Assembly: GCA_965198175.1 (NCBI GenBank)
Contig: OZ240245.1
Coordinates: 4,256,001-4,320,000 of the forward strand
DNA length: 64,000 nucleotides
Direction: 5' to 3'
DNA from: Candidatus Poribacteria bacterium
GTDB taxonomy: Bacteria; Poribacteria; WGA-4E; PCPOR2b
Made by a program: the position numbers and the translations under genes. Shown here piece after piece: positions 59,038-64,000 of this stretch (its first letter is position 1; each line of letters starts with the position of its first letter). The notes beneath the pieces are model-generated. The model saw only the letters and a list, made by a program, of their open reading frames with translations. It made no database searches and had not been told where the DNA came from.

Positions 59038-59477
59038 CTCATCATAACGACGTAGTCCGAACTAAACTTTAGTGAATCGGACATCAACTTCACTATCGAT
59101 TTAATTATGTTTTATGGTGACGGTAAAGCCAACACCAAGCGCGTCATCCACGATTTGTGCGCGTATTTTGGGATACAGGAAAAACCCAGCAATCATATGG
59201 TGTTCGTCAAAAACGTGCGTACTTTTAACCCCACATGGTAAGGACTGCTCAGAGCATGATTGAACCTGACACGTCCAACCCGTAAGAGCCGTCAAAAATG
59301 AGCATTCTCAACTTATTTTCTCAAATGCTCAATAATGCTCAACGTCGCAAACCCGCACCCTAACTGGGGTTCAGCCCATTTTCGCTTATGTTTCCAGGTC
59401 TAAAATACTCACAAAATAAGTAACTCGAATATCAAGTATTTTCCCTCTTTCAAATGCAATTTCAGCACAACCGTTTA

Positions 59478-59506
59478 TTGACGAAATTCATAGTGTCCGC
59501 TATAAT
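59478..59506 (+). promoter_or_regulatory. sigma70-type promoter of the HNH gene
   Basis: TTGACG-N17-TATAAT. Confidence 0.75.
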
Positions 59507-59589
59507 CCTAATCATCGTAATGCTGTAGGTTGGGTTGAGATCAACCGAACGAATAGTGAGAGCGATAGAGTTCTCTGCACAACTGAACA

Positions 59590-60855
59590 ATGGTTAACAA
59601 TAAGTGCATTTACTGCAAGAAGCAGAACAACCTAACGAGGGAACACGCATTTCCGAAGGCTCTGCTTCAAAAAAACATCCCAGGATGGGTAATTGACAAA
59701 CACCTCTGTGCAAAGTGCAATAGTGTTCTAGGAAAACTTGATGCGGTCCTGGCAAAGAAATCTCCCATAGCGTTTACATGGGACCGGATTGAGGATGAGC
59801 TTGGTAACAAAACTGAAACAGCACATTCATCTATCTACCATAAAAAGGCGTGTGGAATTTATCCGATACGACTCTTTTTTCCGGATCCGCACTATGAGAA
59901 TCTCATAGTCCTACATGAAACGGCAACCGTGAATAGAGGCACAAGTGCTCCATGTGATTCTGCAGTAGCCCTACGTCCCCAGATTGTTCTGACTCAATGC
60001 GCTCATGGACAGACCGGCGAGGAGGTCATCGCAGAAAATCTTGAAAAATTTAATACTGCCGGTTTAAATGACGACTGCTTCAGGAAGTGTGAAGAACATG
60101 ATGAGGTTTATTGCATTTTCGGAAATACCTATATATTTCCGCCAAAGACCGCTAACCATTTCTTCCGCCGAATAGCGGACTTCAAATCCAAGTTCATGAC
60201 AGATTTTCACTGTATTCGAAATGACGTGATGATGATTTTTCCTGAACGAGGGCAAGATTTGCACGCGGCAGAAACATTTTATAACTCATTCGAGGACGGG
60301 ACGAAAAAGATTACACCTAAGGAGGAAATTCCCAATCCGGCGATAGTTAAACAACTAATTCGAGTTACTGCAGATCCAAAAGCAACGCAAGACATTTCCC
60401 GATCAATTACAAAGATAGCGTTCCATTGTTTTTTGTTCCATTATCGTGAGGAATTTAGCGGGCACGAACCGATTTTTGACGATGTCAAACAGTTTATCTA
60501 TAAGGGCGGTCACAATAGATTCGTCGCCGAATGGTCCATACCTGATTCCGAAAGTTTAGTATATCATTCCAATGAACATCTGCACGGTATCTGTTATTTT
60601 CGACAAGGCGACAATATTGGTTGCCAAATAGAGTTTTTTACAGGGCTTTTGAATAAACCGCAGTCTTATGGAATAATCCTAGCAGGAAATCCCTTTAATT
60701 GTACTCAAATACAGCGGCACTTTTTTTACATCCCCTACCGTGTGCATCCGAAAAGCCCAATGAAACAGCGGATATGCCATGTTGAAAGTCTTGGTCTAAT
60801 ACGCAAACCGAGTCCGTATGAAGGCGTCCTCTGGTTGCCCAGATATTTGTCTTAG
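59590..60855 (+). CDS. Zn-binding HNH endonuclease-domain protein with long unknown C-terminus
   Basis: CIYC...T.EH.FP..L...C..CN..LG.LD; later R...KIAF..F. Confidence 0.8.
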   Translation: MVNNKCIYCKKQNNLTREHAFPKALLQKNIPGWVIDKHLCAKCNSVLGKLDAVLAKKSPIAFTWDRIEDELGNKTETAHSSIYHKKACGIYPIRLFFPDPHYENLIVLHETATVNRGTSAPCDSAVALRPQIVLTQCAHGQTGEEVIAENLEKFNTAGLNDDCFRKCEEHDEVYCIFGNTYIFPPKTANHFFRRIADFKSKFMTDFHCIRNDVMMIFPERGQDLHAAETFYNSFEDGTKKITPKEEIPNPAIVKQLIRVTADPKATQDISRSITKIAFHCFLFHYREEFSGHEPIFDDVKQFIYKGGHNRFVAEWSIPDSESLVYHSNEHLHGICYFRQGDNIGCQIEFFTGLLNKPQSYGIILAGNPFNCTQIQRHFFYIPYRVHPKSPMKQRICHVESLGLIRKPSPYEGVLWLPRYLS

Positions 60856-61120
60856 CAGTCCAGTTCTGTCGAGATGGTTGCGAATTGCATCTGATTCACA
60901 GATCTGACAGCTATTAACCCCTTCTCAGGACGCGCGTTGAAGCCATGCGGAAATATCTTCTGGTGTGTCCAACACAAAGGAGATTTGAGCTATAATTAGC
61001 CCGCGTCCGCCTATAATATGACACTTGCTTGCCTATCGTTCCCAGGATATGTTATCATTCCCAACTGATAGACATTGCTGTCGGCACGATTAACCTATTG
61101 ACGGAAACTACTTAAATTGA

Positions 61121-61806
61121 ATGAATCTTGACAGTTGTTCTCGCCCCATTGAAGATGTCCCCGACCAAGAATTGAAAGACTTGATTGGAAAGCATTGAAG
61201 ATGTCCCCGACCAAGAATTGAAAGACTTGATTGGAAAGCATTGAAGATGTCCCCGACCAAGAATTGAAAGACTTGATTGGAAAGCAGAGAGAAAACCAAC
61301 ATATTGATTTCAAGCAGAAATACGATCGCCAGGATTCCAAAGACCAAGAAAAGTACAAATGGGAGATATGCAAGGACGTTACCGCGATGGCGAACACCCA
61401 AGGTGGATATATCCTAATCGGCGTTCAAGAAAGAAACAGAGTAGCACGAGGTTTTTTCACTGTGAGAGATTCCCAGAAAGTGGCTAAGAGCATTAACGGC
61501 GTCTGCCCCCGTTGCATAGAACCACCGATTCTAGGTCTCGAAGTCGAGAAACGTTCATTTGAATGGAACGACCAGGGCATTAGCCTTGTCATTATCCATG
61601 TTCTGCCTAGCGAAATTCGCCCCCACGGTTTCCGATTGAAAGGTTCTATCAACTTCGTGAAACGGGTTGGCGACCATACCAGAGAATACCCCATGACCGA
61701 CCTAGCTGTTGATTTTTCTGCCCGTCACTTGCCACCAGTTATTCATGAAATTAATGAAAAACTAGACACCATCAATAGGAGTATCCTACAGATTAGGGAA
61801 CGTTAA
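61121..61806 (+). pseudogene. Schlafen AlbA_2 domain gene interrupted by a tandem duplication (possible TTG restart at 61231)
   Basis: REN..IDFK, KDV.AMAN..GG.I.IGV, I.P, PH motifs; ATG 61121 is in frame only with a single repeat copy. Confidence 0.75.
61147..61286 (+). repeat. Perfect tandem repeat, 3 x 46 bp
   Basis: CATTGAAGATGTCCCCGACCAAGAATTGAAAGACTTGATTGGAAAG at 61147, 61193 and 61239. Confidence 0.97.
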
Positions 61807-62559
61807 ATGTCTTCTCAACAGGAATCCATAGAACCTCGAGCAATGGGAGGTCTTGAACCTTCGTCATATACGGGAAGAACGGTTGGGCAAGATCGTAAGG
61901 CGGCAATCTTGAGCGAACCTTATTATCAGATCGCTGTAGTTCCTTCGCAACACAATCCCCATGCGGTCTTTACAAAAAATTCAAACATACGTGAAATTCT
62001 GCTAAATCCAGGGAATGTCCGCAGAACCGGGTTCGGTTTCATTGGAGTCAAGAGGATGGAACCATCTCCTGAGGGAATTACGGGTATAGATGTATGGGGT
62101 TATGGCGTGGAACTTTGGCACAACGGATTCCTTAGACTGCGAAGACCGCTGTCTAGCACACAATTCCAATGGTACAAGCAAGAGAGCAACATTCCTTCCC
62201 ATTCAAACTGGTTGTACCCGTATGGAGTCTGTGAGTATCCAGTTACATTCATGAGGTTAGTCAAAGAGATATACCAAGTGGCTGGCATTAGTTCGCCGAT
62301 TCATGTGCAACAGGAGTATCATAATCTCAGTGGATTTCTATTGGTGGGAAGACATCCCCTCAATCCGCTTTTTGGGTTGCTTGAACATGAGCGAAAAGTA
62401 TATGCGTCGCTGGACCCCATTGTTTCCAAACAGACTGTAAATCCGGATTTTGTCCCGGATCGAGTCGCGTACAATTTGGTAAGCGACGTCTATGCTTCTT
62501 TTGGATTGGGTAAGGACTTGATTCCTCTTTTTGATGCGAAACGCAATTTTACCCCTTGA
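61807..62559 (+). CDS. Hypothetical protein in frame with and abutting the AlbA_2 ORF
   Basis: CGT TAA ATG junction; 250 aa; no family recognised. Confidence 0.7.
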   Translation: MSSQQESIEPRAMGGLEPSSYTGRTVGQDRKAAILSEPYYQIAVVPSQHNPHAVFTKNSNIREILLNPGNVRRTGFGFIGVKRMEPSPEGITGIDVWGYGVELWHNGFLRLRRPLSSTQFQWYKQESNIPSHSNWLYPYGVCEYPVTFMRLVKEIYQVAGISSPIHVQQEYHNLSGFLLVGRHPLNPLFGLLEHERKVYASLDPIVSKQTVNPDFVPDRVAYNLVSDVYASFGLGKDLIPLFDAKRNFTP

Positions 62560-62793
62560 TTTTCCACCTCAAATCTAAAGTCACTTTACCCGATGCCACG
62601 CTGCTTTCCTCAAAAAAACGGCATCGCCCAAGCTTCAATGCTAAAACCGAGCAGCTAGCTTCATGCAATCTCGGGAAGATAAAGCGCACAAATCCCAGAC
62701 CGTCCAAGATCCCTTTGCATCTTCCCTCTCCCTTCTCTCGCCTTAACTTCGCCGCCCCAAAATCCTTACCCTGGAAAAAATTCAAAAATACCC

Positions 62794-62822
62794 TTGCAAA
62801 ATTGATTTGTGTGGTTTATAAT
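62794..62822 (+). promoter_or_regulatory. sigma70-type promoter
   Basis: TTGCAA-N17-TATAAT. Confidence 0.55.
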
Positions 62823-62864
62823 ATGGGATAATATGAGGCTATTTTGTCAACCGTAGTTTTCATC

Positions 62865-63001
62865 TATAGTGAAACCAATAATTATTTATACACTGCGGTA
62901 GGTTCGGTTTCCTAACCGAACCGGTATTTATCTAGTCCGCAGGTGCGGTTGGAAACCGCACCTACCGAAACATGTGTAAATATGAATGGAATTGACTATA
63001 G
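62865..63001. repeat. CTATAG-bounded palindromic miniature element with an inverted GTAG REP pair
   Basis: CTATAGT..CGGTAGGTTCGGTTTCCTAACCGAACC / GGTGCGGTTGGAAACCGCACCTACCG..ACTATAG. Confidence 0.75.
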
Positions 63002-63055
63002 TATCACCAATATCGCTAGAGGGCTTAAATGCCTTAATACCGACACAGCCAAACC

Positions 63056-63270
63056 ATGTCACATCTGATGTCACATTTTGTGCAATCAGTGTGATATTTT
63101 GTGACATAATGTGACTCGGAATTATCTAGTAGACCCGCAGCGACAACAAGCGGGAAGCTTGACCAGTATTGGCTTTTCGCCATTTCTACTTTGCCTTAGG
63201 TAACGATACGGCGAGCGTTTTCGACCACATCCGCCAAAATATGTGACATTTTGTGACATTTTGTGACATC
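63056..63270. repeat. Cluster of TGTGACAT motifs in both orientations
   Basis: About 8 copies; 3 direct copies with 10-bp period at 63242-63269. Confidence 0.8.
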
Positions 63271-63355
63271 CCGACGATCTCGGCGAAATCCTGAACGGTT
63301 TGGACGCAAGATTCTTTCATAAATTGACATTAGAAGACACCAGAAAAGAGCAACC

Positions 63356-64000
63356 ATGCTAGAAGAACGATTGAGAAGATTTAGGCTTGCCCGCGGCATG
63401 TCCCTCGACGACCTCGTGGCGGCGATTGACGGGCTGGTTAGCAAGCAAGCGTTGTCAAAGTATGAACGCGGCATGATGCAGCCCACAGCGGTGGTGATGA
63501 ATCGAATCGCTTCCGCATTCGGTGTCAAGTCCGCCCAATTGTGGGGGGAACCAGTGTGTCGTGTCGAATGCCTCGCCTACCGCAAGCGCGCACGCTTGCC
63601 CAAGAAAGAAATGGAACGGATTGAGAGTTTTGTTACTGAATTGTTGGAGAAACGCGTCGCCTTCCAAGAACGGATTGGTGAACCTGACAGTCTCGACCTC
63701 CCGATTCAAGCGCTTCCGGTCCGCAAACTCGACGATGCAGAGGGCGCCGCACTCACGCTTCGGCACGATTGGAACCTGAGCGAAGACCCAATTGCAAACC
63801 TTGTGGATGTGCTTGAAAACCACCACATCCACATTATTGAAGTTGATGCGGACGAGGAGTTCGACGGCATCTCTGCCTTGGCGCGCGATGCTGAGGGAAA
63901 CCTGTTAGCGGCGGCAATCGCAACCCGCCGAGGCACATGGGGAGACCGCCATCGACTCAACATGGCGCACGAACTTGGACATCTGACGCTGCAATTAAGC
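63356..64000 (+). CDS. XRE-family HTH fused to ImmA/IrrE metallopeptidase (3' truncated by the window)
   Basis: Manual translation MLEERLRRFRLARGMSL...SKQALSKYERG...PI.NL...LE...FDG...R.N.AHELGH (HExxH). Confidence 0.9.
   Translation, partial: MLEERLRRFRLARGMSLDDLVAAIDGLVSKQALSKYERGMMQPTAVVMNRIASAFGVKSAQLWGEPVCRVECLAYRKRARLPKKEMERIESFVTELLEKRVAFQERIGEPDSLDLPIQALPVRKLDDAEGAALTLRHDWNLSEDPIANLVDVLENHHIHIIEVDADEEFDGISALARDAEGNLLAAAIATRRGTWGDRHRLNMAHELGHLTLQLS

Noticed and set aside
61147..61286. CRISPR array
   Set aside because: The repeats abut with no spacers, encode part of the protein, and no cas genes are present.
63056..63270. CRP binding sites
   Set aside because: The TGTGA half-sites are not arranged as TGTGA-N6-TCACA.
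1..64000. tRNA, rRNA, transposase or integrase genes
   Set aside because: None recognised by eye; tRNAscan-SE and ISEScan were not run.

Overview
Bacterial chromosomal window from a diderm organism (TonB-dependent receptor, TolB-like protein, lipoprotein). The C-terminal 'V(S/E)P...WGxLK' tails and the sugar-catabolism gene set suggest Candidatus Poribacteria or a relative; this is recalled knowledge, not a database result. About 1-49.5 kb is housekeeping and catabolic: tandem aldo/keto reductases, glpK, a histidine kinase and sigma54 regulator, Fe-ADH, a minus-strand sugar/inositol catabolic tract, TAXI-TRAP, a TPR protein, birA, potD, and RsbW/STAS/DUF58. From 49.5 kb to the end lies a defence island. 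It carries an SspBCD-type DNA phosphorothioation core (DUF4007, large ATPase, PAPS-reductase-fold protein) with no sspA or sspE in the window, followed instead by a stand-alone GIY-YIG nuclease and a DGQHR (DndB-like) protein. Further on are an HNH protein, a Schlafen/AlbA_2 gene interrupted by a 3x46-bp tandem duplication, and an XRE-IrrE protein. Other notable signals: a 69-aa module inserted in two unrelated membrane proteins, a probable ThDP pseudoenzyme, orphan NrdR-like and CIRCE-like operators, and several GTAG-type REP/REPIN families. No tRNA, rRNA or CRISPR array was seen. All product calls come from motif recognition by eye.
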